Assembly (NCBI RefSeq): GCF_056712565.1
Contig: NZ_CM160072.1
Length of the DNA: 64,000 nucleotides
Reading direction: 5' to 3' (one strand)
The position numbers and the translations under genes are program-made. The notes beneath the pieces are model-generated. The model was not told where the DNA came from, searched no databases, and saw only the letters and a program-made list of their open reading frames with translations. Numbering within the stretch: the stretch's first letter is position 1; each line of letters begins with the position of its first letter. Shown in pieces: positions 55,490 through 64,000 of the stretch.

Positions 55490-56821
55490 ATGAGCGAATT
55501 GACCGATCTTTTATTGCAAGGGCCGCGTTCTGCCCCGGAATTGCGCCAGCGTCTGGCAATCAGTCAGGCGACGTTCTCACGCCTTGTTGCCAGAGAAGAT
55601 CGGGTGATTCGCTTTGGTAAAGCACGGGCAACGCGATATGCACTGCTGCGTCCTTATCGCGGAATTGAGCGTATTCCCGTATGGCGAGTGGATGATGCCG
55701 GAAAGGCGCATAAATTCGCCGACATCCGGTTGTGCTGGCCGCAGGGAAGTTGTCTGGTAACAGGCGCAGATGGCGACGAACGGTGGTTTGATGGTTTGCC
55801 CTGGTATTTGACCGATCTGCGACCGCAGGGGTTTTTGGGGCGCGCGTGGGGCAGGAAGTTAGCCGCGCAACTGAATCTTACTGAAGATATCCGTCTCTGG
55901 CAGGAAGAAGATGTGCTCTACGCCCTGACCGTATTTAGCGGTGAATACACCGGCGGCTGGCTGGTCGGGGAGGGGAATTATCAGCGATGGATTACTGCAC
56001 AACGCCCTGCGGCAATTCCTCTGGATCAAAAACTCACCCATTACGAACAACTGGCAAGCGATGCACTGGCAGGAGAAATTGTGGGTTCTTCTGCGGGCGG
56101 TGAGCAGCCAAAATTTACCTGCTATGCACAAACGCCGTCAGGCAATAAACATGTGCTGGTTAAATTCACCGTGCCACAGCAAACCGCGGTCAGCCAACGT
56201 TGGGGCGACTTGCTTATTGCGGAATCTATTGCCGCGCAAATCCTGCGCGACGGCGGGATCCACGCCATCGAGTCAACGGTGCTTGTAACAAGTAACAGGC
56301 AGGTATTCCTTGAAGCGGAACGATTTGACTGCAAAGGTAACGATGGTCGCTTGCCCATTGTGTCGCTGGAGGCGGTGCAGAGTGAGTTTATCTCTTCTCC
56401 GGGATCGTGGCCGGAGGCTATGCGCCGTTTGTGTGAGCAACAACTTGTCACTCACCAGAGCGTGGCGCAAACAGAAGTGATCTGGGCGTTTGGGCGACTT
56501 ATCGCCAACAGCGATATGCACGCAGGCAATTTATCATTTTATTTATCTGAACCACCATTTGCGCTGACGCCCGTCTACGACATGCTGCCGATGGCCTATG
56601 CACCAAACAGCGCCGGAATGTTGCGTGATGCTGCCATTGAGGTGAGGTTTGATCTTAACGTCAGTAAAAGTGCATGGTTAACGGCGATCCCGCTGGCGCA
56701 GCAGTTCTGGCAAACGGTCGCCGGAGATCCGCGTATCAGCGAGGCATTTCGCCACATTGCACAAGAAATGCCGGAAAAAATCCGGCAAATCGAAGGGAAA
56801 GTTGCCCGCATGGGCGGGTAA
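55490..56821 (+). CDS. yjjJ: HipA-family Ser/Thr kinase toxin homologue with fused N-terminal HTH-like segment
   Basis: 443-aa ORF; the N-terminal ~50 aa (LRQRLAISQATFSRLVA) look HTH-like, followed by HipA-like N and C regions; no hipB-like ORF adjacent. Confidence 0.85.
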   Translation: MSELTDLLLQGPRSAPELRQRLAISQATFSRLVAREDRVIRFGKARATRYALLRPYRGIERIPVWRVDDAGKAHKFADIRLCWPQGSCLVTGADGDERWFDGLPWYLTDLRPQGFLGRAWGRKLAAQLNLTEDIRLWQEEDVLYALTVFSGEYTGGWLVGEGNYQRWITAQRPAAIPLDQKLTHYEQLASDALAGEIVGSSAGGEQPKFTCYAQTPSGNKHVLVKFTVPQQTAVSQRWGDLLIAESIAAQILRDGGIHAIESTVLVTSNRQVFLEAERFDCKGNDGRLPIVSLEAVQSEFISSPGSWPEAMRRLCEQQLVTHQSVAQTEVIWAFGRLIANSDMHAGNLSFYLSEPPFALTPVYDMLPMAYAPNSAGMLRDAAIEVRFDLNVSKSAWLTAIPLAQQFWQTVAGDPRISEAFRHIAQEMPEKIRQIEGKVARMGG

Positions 56822-57838
56822 CTATCGCACCGCCCCCGCTATCCATGCCGACAACTCCCGTAGCTCTTTTTCCTGTTCCGGGAAGTCAACCAGCAGCGCT
56901 TCGCACTCCTGTTGCAGCATATCCGCGCGGTACAGACAGCCTTGCAGTCGCCCGGCGAGGGCTTCCAGCGGCGCGGGGTTGAGACTGTCGGTAAACACCT
57001 GGGCGCGGGTGATATGGCCTTTTTCAACGTCGAAATGCAGTTCCACGCCGCCCCAGGTAAAGCGTTCATCCAGCAGATGCGAGAATGCCGGAGCCTGACC
57101 GAAGTTCCATTCCCAGCTACTCTGGCGGGCAAAGGTTTCGGCGAAGTTTGGCAAGTCTGGCGTTTTGTCCGGGGAGATGATTTCCGCTTCCACGCGCTCG
57201 CCATAATGGGCGAAAAAGGCCTCGGTTATGGCCTCGCAAACCTGCTCATGGGTGATCCCCGGTAGCAATTCGGTCAGATTGGTCACGCGGGAACGCACTG
57301 AGGTAATGCCTTTCGCCGCCAGTTTCTTTTTATCCGGATTGAGATAGTTTGCCAGGCGGCTAAGGTCGGAATTGAGCAGCAAAGTGCCGTGGTGGAAGCC
57401 ACGATCTTTGGTTTCGCGATAGGCCGAGCCTGAGACTTTGCGATCGCCTTCGGCGGTTTTCACCACCAGATCGTTACGCCCGGAAGCTTCGGCGCTGACG
57501 CCGAGCGCGTTCAGCGCATTGAGCACAATCGACGTGGAGATAGTTTTATCGTACTCCGGCTTGCCAGCCATAAAGGTAAAACAGGTATTGCCGAGATCGT
57601 GGAACACTGCGCCGCCACCGCTACTGCGCCGCGCCAGGCGGACGTTATCTTCTTCCATCCGCCGGGTATTACACTCTTTCCACGGGTTCTGCGCGCGACC
57701 AATCACTACCGTGTCGGCATTGCGCCAGAGAAACAGAACGCGCTGCGTAGCCGGCATCTGGCGAAAAATACACTCCTCTACCGCCAGGTTAAACCACGGG
57801 TCGTAAGAGTCAGAGATGAGCAGGCGTAATGTGGACAT
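56822..57838 (-). CDS. lplA: Lipoate-protein ligase A
   Basis: 338-aa ORF; BPL/LPL catalytic-domain sequence; synteny. Confidence 0.95.
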   Translation of the reverse strand: MSTLRLLISDSYDPWFNLAVEECIFRQMPATQRVLFLWRNADTVVIGRAQNPWKECNTRRMEEDNVRLARRSSGGGAVFHDLGNTCFTFMAGKPEYDKTISTSIVLNALNALGVSAEASGRNDLVVKTAEGDRKVSGSAYRETKDRGFHHGTLLLNSDLSRLANYLNPDKKKLAAKGITSVRSRVTNLTELLPGITHEQVCEAITEAFFAHYGERVEAEIISPDKTPDLPNFAETFARQSSWEWNFGQAPAFSHLLDERFTWGGVELHFDVEKGHITRAQVFTDSLNPAPLEALAGRLQGCLYRADMLQQECEALLVDFPEQEKELRELSAWIAGAVR

Positions 57839-57865
57839 AACGATTTCCTTTCTTGTAGTAATGGG

Positions 57866-58510
57866 TCACTCTTTTTTCTCGCTTTCTTCCTCTTCCGGCA
57901 CCGGTTTACTGGCGGTTAACAGGAAGGGCGATTGCTGCCAGCGGGTGCGTTTACCCTGTAGCAGCGTGCGGGTCAGCACTACGCCGATTGCCAGCGAGAG
58001 CAGCAACATCAGGCGTAAAATGTTAGTGGTGTTATCCACCTGTTGGGCTTCGGTGGCGAGCGTATGGGTGTCGAGCGTCAGGCGCAGATAGCCGAGCGGT
58101 CCGTTTTTACCCGCAATGGGTTCGACAATCTGCTGGTTAAAATAGCCGCCCGCTTTTTTGCCGTCGAGCGCCAGTCGGTCGCGCACGTCGACGCTTTCGC
58201 CAGAACGGGCGATAAGATCGCCTTGCTCATCATATACGCCTGCGTCGAGAATGCGGCTTTCATCCGTTAACTGATCGAGGATCGCCTGAATGCGTTTTTC
58301 ATCCGGTGAGTCGGTACGCATCCGCGGTGCAACGTTTAGCGTCACCTGCCGCGCCAGGGTGCGGGCCAGTTCTTCCAGCTGTGGATTACGCTGTCGCTGG
58401 TGGTTTTGACTAAACCATGACGCTCCCTGCATCAGCGCCACTAACAAGGCAAGACAGAACAGGACAATCACTGCCCGATGCAGCCGGAATTTCAGTTTTG
58501 TGCGAGCCAT
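57866..58510 (-). CDS. ytjB: Inner-membrane protein YtjB (Smp)
   Basis: 214-aa ORF with N-terminal TM helix; divergent from serB. Confidence 0.88.
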   Translation of the reverse strand: MARTKLKFRLHRAVIVLFCLALLVALMQGASWFSQNHQRQRNPQLEELARTLARQVTLNVAPRMRTDSPDEKRIQAILDQLTDESRILDAGVYDEQGDLIARSGESVDVRDRLALDGKKAGGYFNQQIVEPIAGKNGPLGYLRLTLDTHTLATEAQQVDNTTNILRLMLLLSLAIGVVLTRTLLQGKRTRWQQSPFLLTASKPVPEEEESEKKE

Positions 58511-58615
58511 CTTCCACCCTTTGAAAATTTGAGACTTAATGTTGCCAGAAGCAATGGATACAAGGTAGCCTCATGCGTTATTTTCCCTGCTTCGAACGAT
58601 TTTACAGGAGCCTTA

Positions 58616-59584
58616 ATGCCTAACATTACCTGGTGCGACCTGCCTGAAGATGTCTCTTTATGGCCGGGTCTGCCTCTTTCATTAAGTGGTGATGAAGTGA
58701 TGCCACTGGATTACCACGCAGGTCGTAGCGGCTGGCTGCTGTATGGTCGTGGACTGGATAAACAACGTCTGACCCAATACCAGAGCAAACTGGGCGCGGC
58801 GATGGTGATTGTTGCCGCCTGGTGCGTGGAAGATTATCAGGTGATTCGTCTGGCAGGTTCACTCACCGCGCGGGCTACGCGCCTGGCCCACGAAGCGCAG
58901 CTGGATGTCGCGCCGCTGGGGAAAATCCCGCACCTGCGCACGCCGGGTTTGCTGGTGATGGACATGGATTCCACCGCCATCCAGATTGAATGTATTGATG
59001 AAATTGCCAAACTGGCCGGAACGGGCGAGAGGGTGGCGGAGGTAACCGAACGGGCGATGCGCGGCGAACTCGATTTTACCGCCAGCCTGCGCAGCCGCGT
59101 GGCGACGCTGAAAGGCGCTGACGCGAACATTCTGCAACAGGTGCGTGAAAATCTGCCGCTGATGCCAGGCTTAACGCAGCTGGTACTCAAGCTGGAAACG
59201 CTGGGCTGGAAAGTGGCGATTGCCTCCGGCGGCTTTACTTTCTTTGCTGAATACCTGCGCGACAAGCTGCGCCTGACAGCCGTGGTAGCCAATGAACTGG
59301 AGATCATGGACGGTAAATTTACCGGCAATGTGATCGGCGACATCGTTGACGCGCAGTACAAAGCGAAAACTCTGACTCGCCTCGCGCAGGAGTATGAAAT
59401 CCCGCTGGCGCAGACCGTGGCGATTGGCGATGGAGCCAATGACCTGCCGATGATCAAAGCGGCAGGGCTGGGGATTGCCTACCATGCCAAGCCAAAAGTG
59501 AATGAAAAAACGGAAGTCACCATCCGTCACGCTGACCTGATGGGTGTATTCTGCATCCTCTCTGGCAGCCTGAATCAGAAGTAA
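58616..59584 (+). CDS. serB: Phosphoserine phosphatase
   Basis: ORF 58478..59584; start set at MPNITWCDLPEDVSLWPG (322 aa); HAD motif DMDSTAI. Confidence 0.95.
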   Translation: MPNITWCDLPEDVSLWPGLPLSLSGDEVMPLDYHAGRSGWLLYGRGLDKQRLTQYQSKLGAAMVIVAAWCVEDYQVIRLAGSLTARATRLAHEAQLDVAPLGKIPHLRTPGLLVMDMDSTAIQIECIDEIAKLAGTGERVAEVTERAMRGELDFTASLRSRVATLKGADANILQQVRENLPLMPGLTQLVLKLETLGWKVAIASGGFTFFAEYLRDKLRLTAVVANELEIMDGKFTGNVIGDIVDAQYKAKTLTRLAQEYEIPLAQTVAIGDGANDLPMIKAAGLGIAYHAKPKVNEKTEVTIRHADLMGVFCILSGSLNQK

Positions 59585-59632
59585 TTGCCTGCCCGTCATC
59601 CTGCGGGCGGCACAGCATTAACGAGGTACACC

Positions 59633-61015
59633 GTGGCAAAAGCTCCAAAACGCGCCTTTGTTTGTAATGAATGCGGGGCCGATTATCCGCGCTGGCAGGG
59701 GCAGTGCAGCGCCTGTCATGCCTGGAACACCATCACCGAGGTGCGTCTTGCTGCGTCGCCAACGGTGGCGCGTAACGAGCGTCTCAGTGGCTATGCCGGT
59801 AGCGCCGGAGTGGCAAAAGTCCAGAAACTTTCCGACATCAGCCTTGAAGAGCTGCCGCGTTTTTCCACCGGATTTAAAGAGTTCGACCGCGTACTAGGCG
59901 GCGGCGTGGTGCCGGGAAGTGCCATTCTGATTGGCGGTAACCCAGGTGCCGGGAAATCCACGCTGCTGTTGCAAACGCTGTGCAAACTGGCGCAGCAGAT
60001 GAAAACGCTGTATGTCACCGGCGAAGAGTCGCTGCAACAGGTGGCAATGCGCGCTCATCGCCTTGGCCTGCCGACTGACAATCTTAATATGCTGTCGGAA
60101 ACCAGCATCGAGCAGATCTGCCTGATTGCCGAAGAAGAGCAACCGAAGCTGATGGTAATTGACTCCATCCAGGTGATGCATATGGCGGATGTACAATCAT
60201 CGCCTGGCAGCGTGGCACAGGTGCGTGAAACGGCGGCTTATCTGACGCGCTTCGCCAAAACGCGCGGTGTGGCGATTGTCATGGTCGGGCACGTAACCAA
60301 AGATGGCTCGCTGGCTGGCCCTAAAGTGCTGGAACACTGTATCGACTGTTCGGTGCTTTTGGATGGTGATGCCGACTCACGTTTTCGCACCTTACGCAGC
60401 CATAAAAACCGCTTCGGCGCGGTGAATGAGCTGGGTGTCTTCGCAATGACCGAGCAGGGGCTGCGTGAAGTCAGCAACCCTTCGGCAATTTTCTTAAGTC
60501 GCGGCGATGAAGTGACCTCCGGTAGCTCAGTGATGGTAGTGTGGGAAGGAACGCGTCCGCTGCTGGTGGAGATTCAGGCGCTCGTCGATCACTCGATGAT
60601 GGCGAATCCACGCCGCGTGGCAGTCGGGCTGGAGCAAAACCGTCTGGCAATCCTGCTGGCGGTGCTTCACCGTCACGGTGGTCTACAAATGGCCGATCAG
60701 GATGTGTTTGTTAACGTGGTCGGTGGCGTGAAGGTGACGGAAACCAGTGCCGATTTAGCGTTACTGCTGGCGATGGTTTCCAGCCTGCGTGACAGACCGC
60801 TACCGCAGGATCTGGTGGTGTTTGGTGAAGTCGGGCTGGCAGGGGAGATCCGCCCGGTGCCCAGCGGCCAGGAACGAATCTCAGAAGCGGCGAAACACGG
60901 TTTTCGCCGGGCAATTGTTCCGGCAGCTAACGTGCCGAAAAAAGCGCCGGAAGGGATGCAGATTTTTGGCGTTAAAAAACTCTCCGACGCGCTTAGCGTG
61001 TTCGACGACTTATAA
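59633..61015 (+). CDS. radA: DNA repair protein RadA/Sms
   Basis: ORF 59585..61015; GTG start at 59633 (VAKAPKRAFVCNECGADYPRWQGQCSAC zinc finger, 460 aa); RecA-like Walker A (GGNPGAGKST) and Lon-protease-like C-terminus. Confidence 0.93.
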   Translation: MAKAPKRAFVCNECGADYPRWQGQCSACHAWNTITEVRLAASPTVARNERLSGYAGSAGVAKVQKLSDISLEELPRFSTGFKEFDRVLGGGVVPGSAILIGGNPGAGKSTLLLQTLCKLAQQMKTLYVTGEESLQQVAMRAHRLGLPTDNLNMLSETSIEQICLIAEEEQPKLMVIDSIQVMHMADVQSSPGSVAQVRETAAYLTRFAKTRGVAIVMVGHVTKDGSLAGPKVLEHCIDCSVLLDGDADSRFRTLRSHKNRFGAVNELGVFAMTEQGLREVSNPSAIFLSRGDEVTSGSSVMVVWEGTRPLLVEIQALVDHSMMANPRRVAVGLEQNRLAILLAVLHRHGGLQMADQDVFVNVVGGVKVTETSADLALLLAMVSSLRDRPLPQDLVVFGEVGLAGEIRPVPSGQERISEAAKHGFRRAIVPAANVPKKAPEGMQIFGVKKLSDALSVFDDL

Positions 61016-61035
61016 TAAGAGATACGGAGGGAGAT

Positions 61036-62268
61036 ATGTCGTCATTTGATTACCTGAAAACTGCCATCAAGCAACAGGGCTGCACTCTACAGCAGGTAGC
61101 TGATGCCAGCGGTATGACCAAAGGGTATTTAAGCCAGTTACTGAATGCCAAAATTAAAAGCCCCAGCGCACAAAAGCTGGAGGCATTGCACCGTTATTTG
61201 GGACTTGAATTTCCCCGGCAGAAGAAAACGATCGGTGTCGTATTCGGTAAGTTTTACCCGCTGCATACTGGACATATCTACCTTATCCAGCGCGCCTGTA
61301 GCCAGGTTGACGAGCTGCATATCATTATGGGTTTTGACGATACCCGCGACCGCGCATTGTTCGAAGACAGCGCCATGTCGCAGCAGCCAACCGTGCCGGA
61401 TCGTCTGCGCTGGTTATTGCAGACCTTTAAGTATCAAAAAAATATCCGCATTCATGCTTTTAACGAAGAGGGCATGGAACCGTATCCACACGGCTGGGAT
61501 GTGTGGAGCAACGGCATCAAAAAGTTTATGGCCGAAAAAGGCATTCAGCCGGACCTGATCTACACCTCGGAAGAAGCCGATGCGCCGCAGTATATGGAAC
61601 ATCTGGGGATCGAGACGGTGCTGGTCGATCCGAAGCGTACCTTTATGAGTATCAGCGGTGCGCAGATCCGCGAAAACCCGTTCCGCTACTGGGAATATAT
61701 TCCTACGGAAGTGAAGCCATTCTTTGTGCGTACCGTGGCGATCCTCGGTGGTGAATCGAGCGGTAAATCCACCCTGGTAAACAAACTTGCCAATATCTTC
61801 AACACTACCAGTGCGTGGGAATATGGTCGTGATTATGTCTTTTCGCACCTCGGTGGCGATGAGATCGCGTTGCAGTATTCCGACTACGATAAAATCGCGC
61901 TGGGACATGCGCAATATATTGATTTTGCAGTGAAATATGCCAATAAAGTGGCGTTTATCGACACCGATTTTGTCACTACCCAGGCGTTCTGCAAAAAGTA
62001 CGAAGGGCGTGAGCATCCGTTCGTGCAGGCGTTGATTGATGAGTACCGTTTCGATCTGGTGATCCTGCTGGAGAACAACACGCCGTGGGTGGCGGATGGT
62101 TTACGCAGCCTCGGCAGTTCGGTGGATCGCAAAGAGTTCCAGAACTTGCTGGTGGAGATGCTGGAAGAGAACAATATCGAATTCGTGCGGGTTGAAGAGG
62201 ACGATTACGACAGCCGTTTCCTGCGCTGCGTGGAGCTGGTGCGGGAGATGATGGGGGAGCAAAGATAA
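61036..62268 (+). CDS. nadR: Trifunctional NadR (HTH repressor / NMN adenylyltransferase / ribosylnicotinamide kinase)
   Basis: 410-aa ORF; N-terminal HTH, (H/T)xGH nucleotidyltransferase motif (LHTGH), Walker A (GGESSGKST). Confidence 0.95.
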   Translation: MSSFDYLKTAIKQQGCTLQQVADASGMTKGYLSQLLNAKIKSPSAQKLEALHRYLGLEFPRQKKTIGVVFGKFYPLHTGHIYLIQRACSQVDELHIIMGFDDTRDRALFEDSAMSQQPTVPDRLRWLLQTFKYQKNIRIHAFNEEGMEPYPHGWDVWSNGIKKFMAEKGIQPDLIYTSEEADAPQYMEHLGIETVLVDPKRTFMSISGAQIRENPFRYWEYIPTEVKPFFVRTVAILGGESSGKSTLVNKLANIFNTTSAWEYGRDYVFSHLGGDEIALQYSDYDKIALGHAQYIDFAVKYANKVAFIDTDFVTTQAFCKKYEGREHPFVQALIDEYRFDLVILLENNTPWVADGLRSLGSSVDRKEFQNLLVEMLEENNIEFVRVEEDDYDSRFLRCVELVREMMGEQR

Positions 62269-62297
62269 TCATCTTTATAAGATGTTGAGTGGGATTA

Positions 62298-62345
62298 CTG
62301 ATTCAAAAGTGTACTTAGTACTCCATTTCGGTGTACAATGTACCT
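62298..62345 (+). promoter_or_regulatory. Candidate promoter/operator of the toxin-antitoxin pair (two GTAC-N3-GTAC inverted repeats)
   Basis: GTACTTAGTAC (62311-62321) and GTACAATGTAC (62333-62343); the second overlaps a TACAAT -10-like hexamer just upstream of the toxin start. Confidence 0.45.
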
Positions 62346-62359
62346 GCCAGGGAGGGGGA

Positions 62360-62692
62360 ATGGGTAAGGCGATAATATTTATAGAGACGCCAATGTTTAC
62401 GCGTCAGATCAAGCAGATTGCAACCGATGATGAATTAAAGGAATTACAAAAAGAACTCATCGGAACTCCCGATAAAGGTGATCTCATTCAGCAGACTGGT
62501 GGATTGCGTAAAGTCCGAATGGCTGCGGGTTCACAGGGAAAAAGTGGCAGTGTCAGAATAATTTACTTTCTGGCGACGGAAGAGATTATTTATTTGATTA
62601 TGGCCTATCCGAAAAATGCCAAAGATAGTCTGACAGATACGGAAAAAGCTCAACTAAAGAAGTTGACGAAACTGCTCAAAGGCGAGATATAA
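62360..62692 (+). CDS. RelE/ParE-superfamily toxin, HigB-like (toxin-first gene order)
   Basis: ORF 62282..62692; start set at ATG 62360 (MGKAIIFIETPMFTRQIKQ, 110 aa) with a GGAGGG Shine-Dalgarno; 1-nt gap to the HTH gene downstream; not present between nadR and ettA in K-12 as I recall. Confidence 0.65.
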   Translation: MGKAIIFIETPMFTRQIKQIATDDELKELQKELIGTPDKGDLIQQTGGLRKVRMAAGSQGKSGSVRIIYFLATEEIIYLIMAYPKNAKDSLTDTEKAQLKKLTKLLKGEI

Positions 62693-62693
62693 A

Positions 62694-62978
62694 ATGAGTT
62701 TTTTTGATGAGTTGAAAACCTCTCTGGAAGAGGCTGTCGAGATTAAACAAGGTTTAAAAGAACCTGCACGGGTGACCCGCTACGAAATTGCGGATGTTAA
62801 AGCTATTCGTGAGCAACTCAACGTTTCTCAAAGTGAGATGGCAAAAGCTCTGGGAACCAGTGTGGATACCATTAAAAGCTGGGAATCGAAGCGAAGAAAT
62901 CCTACGGGATTGGCTGCAAAAGTACTTGCCACAATTAAAGAAAATCCTGCCTTTTTCCGGGAACTTGCTTCCCATTAA
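62694..62978 (+). CDS. XRE-family HTH antitoxin, HigA-like
   Basis: 94-aa ORF with central HTH (IREQLNVSQSEMAKALGTSVDTIKSWE); tightly coupled to the upstream toxin-like ORF. Confidence 0.65.
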   Translation: MSFFDELKTSLEEAVEIKQGLKEPARVTRYEIADVKAIREQLNVSQSEMAKALGTSVDTIKSWESKRRNPTGLAAKVLATIKENPAFFRELASH

Positions 62979-62991
62979 TCATTTAACTAAT

Positions 62992-63025
62992 ACCGGATGC
63001 GATGCTGGTGCGCCGCATCCGGCAT
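62992..63025. repeat. REP element downstream of the TA pair
   Basis: CCGGATGCGATGCTGGTGCGCCGCATCCGG palindrome. Confidence 0.65.
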
Positions 63026-63033
63026 TTTACGCA

Positions 63034-64000
63034 TTACTTCGCAATACGCTTGTACTTGATACGCTTCGGCTCCAGCGCGTCTGCGCCCAGCGTGCGTTTC
63101 TTGTACTCTTCGTACTCGGTAAAGTTACCTTCGAAGAACTCAACTTTACCTTCATCCTGGTAATCCAGAATGTGGGTGGCGATACGGTCGAGGAACCAAC
63201 GGTCGTGCGAGATAACCATCGCGCAGCCCGGGAACTCCAGCAGGGCGTTTTCCAGTGCGCGCAGGGTTTCGATATCCAGGTCGTTGGTTGGTTCGTCGAG
63301 CAGCAGCATGTTGCCGCCAACCTGCAGCAGCTTCGCCAGATGCAGACGACCGCGCTCACCGCCGGAGAGTTCGCCAACGCGTTTACCCTGATCAACCCCT
63401 TTAAAGTTAAAGCGGCCAACGTAGGCGCGGCTTGGCATCTCGGTGTTGCCGATCTTCATGATATCCAGCCCGCCGGAAACTTCTTCCCAAACGGTTTTGC
63501 TGTTATCCATTGAGTCACGGAACTGATCAACCGACGCCAGTTTCACCGTTTCACCCAAAGTGATGGTGCCGCTGTCCGGCTGTTCCTGACCAGAGATCAT
63601 ACGGAACAGCGTCGATTTACCCGCACCGTTCGGACCGATGATCCCGACGATCGCTCCTTTCGGGATCGAGAAGCTCAGGGAGTCAATCAGCAGACGATCA
63701 CCATAGGATTTACGCAGGTTGCTGACTTCCAGCACTTTATCGCCCAGACGCGGTCCAGGTGGAATAAACAGTTCGTTGGTTTCGTTACGTTTCTGATATT
63801 CGGTGCTGTTGAGTTCTTCAAAGCGCGCCAGACGTGCTTTACCTTTTGACTGACGGCCTTTAGTTCCCTGACGTACCCACTCCAGCTCTTTCTCGATCGA
63901 CTTACGACGCGCCGCTTCTTGTGAAGCTTCCTGCGCCAGACGCTGATCTTTCTGCTCCAGCCAGGAGGAGTAGTTACCTTCCCACGGAATACCTTCACCG
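63034..64000 (-). CDS. ettA: Energy-dependent translational throttle ABC-F ATPase EttA (YjjK), C-terminal part; the N-terminal part lies beyond the window end
   Basis: Minus-strand frame open from 63034 to the window edge; ABC signature LSGGERGRLHLAKLL, Walker B LLLDEPTNDLD and second Walker A GPNGAGKST visible. Confidence 0.9.
   Translation of the reverse strand, partial: GEGIPWEGNYSSWLEQKDQRLAQEASQEAARRKSIEKELEWVRQGTKGRQSKGKARLARFEELNSTEYQKRNETNELFIPPGPRLGDKVLEVSNLRKSYGDRLLIDSLSFSIPKGAIVGIIGPNGAGKSTLFRMISGQEQPDSGTITLGETVKLASVDQFRDSMDNSKTVWEEVSGGLDIMKIGNTEMPSRAYVGRFNFKGVDQGKRVGELSGGERGRLHLAKLLQVGGNMLLLDEPTNDLDIETLRALENALLEFPGCAMVISHDRWFLDRIATHILDYQDEGKVEFFEGNFTEYEEYKKRTLGADALEPKRIKYKRIAK

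Noticed and set aside
61414-62016. 200-aa minus-strand ORF inside nadR, and 58837-59457 inside serB
   Set aside because: Antisense to conserved core genes with clear catalytic motifs.

Overview
This window reads as an Escherichia coli-type chromosome segment, syntenic with the K-12 region that runs from kptA to ettA. Gene identities are from reading the ORF-track translations against remembered K-12 proteins and domain motifs; no database search was run. Backbone genes include kptA (partial), yjiJKLMN, symE, hsdSMR, mrr, yjiA-yjiX-btsT, tsr, lgoR-lgoD, opgB, yjjA, dnaC-dnaT, yjjB-yjjP, yjjQ-bglJ, fhuF, yjjZ, three tandem tRNA-Leu genes, rsmC, holD-rimI-yjjG-prfC, osmY, ytjA, yjjUV, yjjWI, deoCABD, yjjJ, lplA, ytjB, serB, radA, nadR and ettA (partial). 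Four places differ from the K-12 layout as I remember it. (1) The hsd immigration-control island carries an intact rpn gene and a single large DUF262/DUF1524 (GmrSD-like) nuclease gene where K-12 has mdtM, yjiR-yjiV and mcrCB; this is the strongest candidate for an uncharacterised defence system. (2) hsdS has conserved framework segments but different target-recognition domains from EcoKI. (3) A TRAP transporter operon plus a CPA1 Na+/H+ exchanger sits where K-12 has the MFS transporter yjjL/lgoT. (4) A HigB/HigA-like toxin-antitoxin pair is inserted between nadR and ettA. No CRISPR array, rRNA, IS element or prophage was seen.
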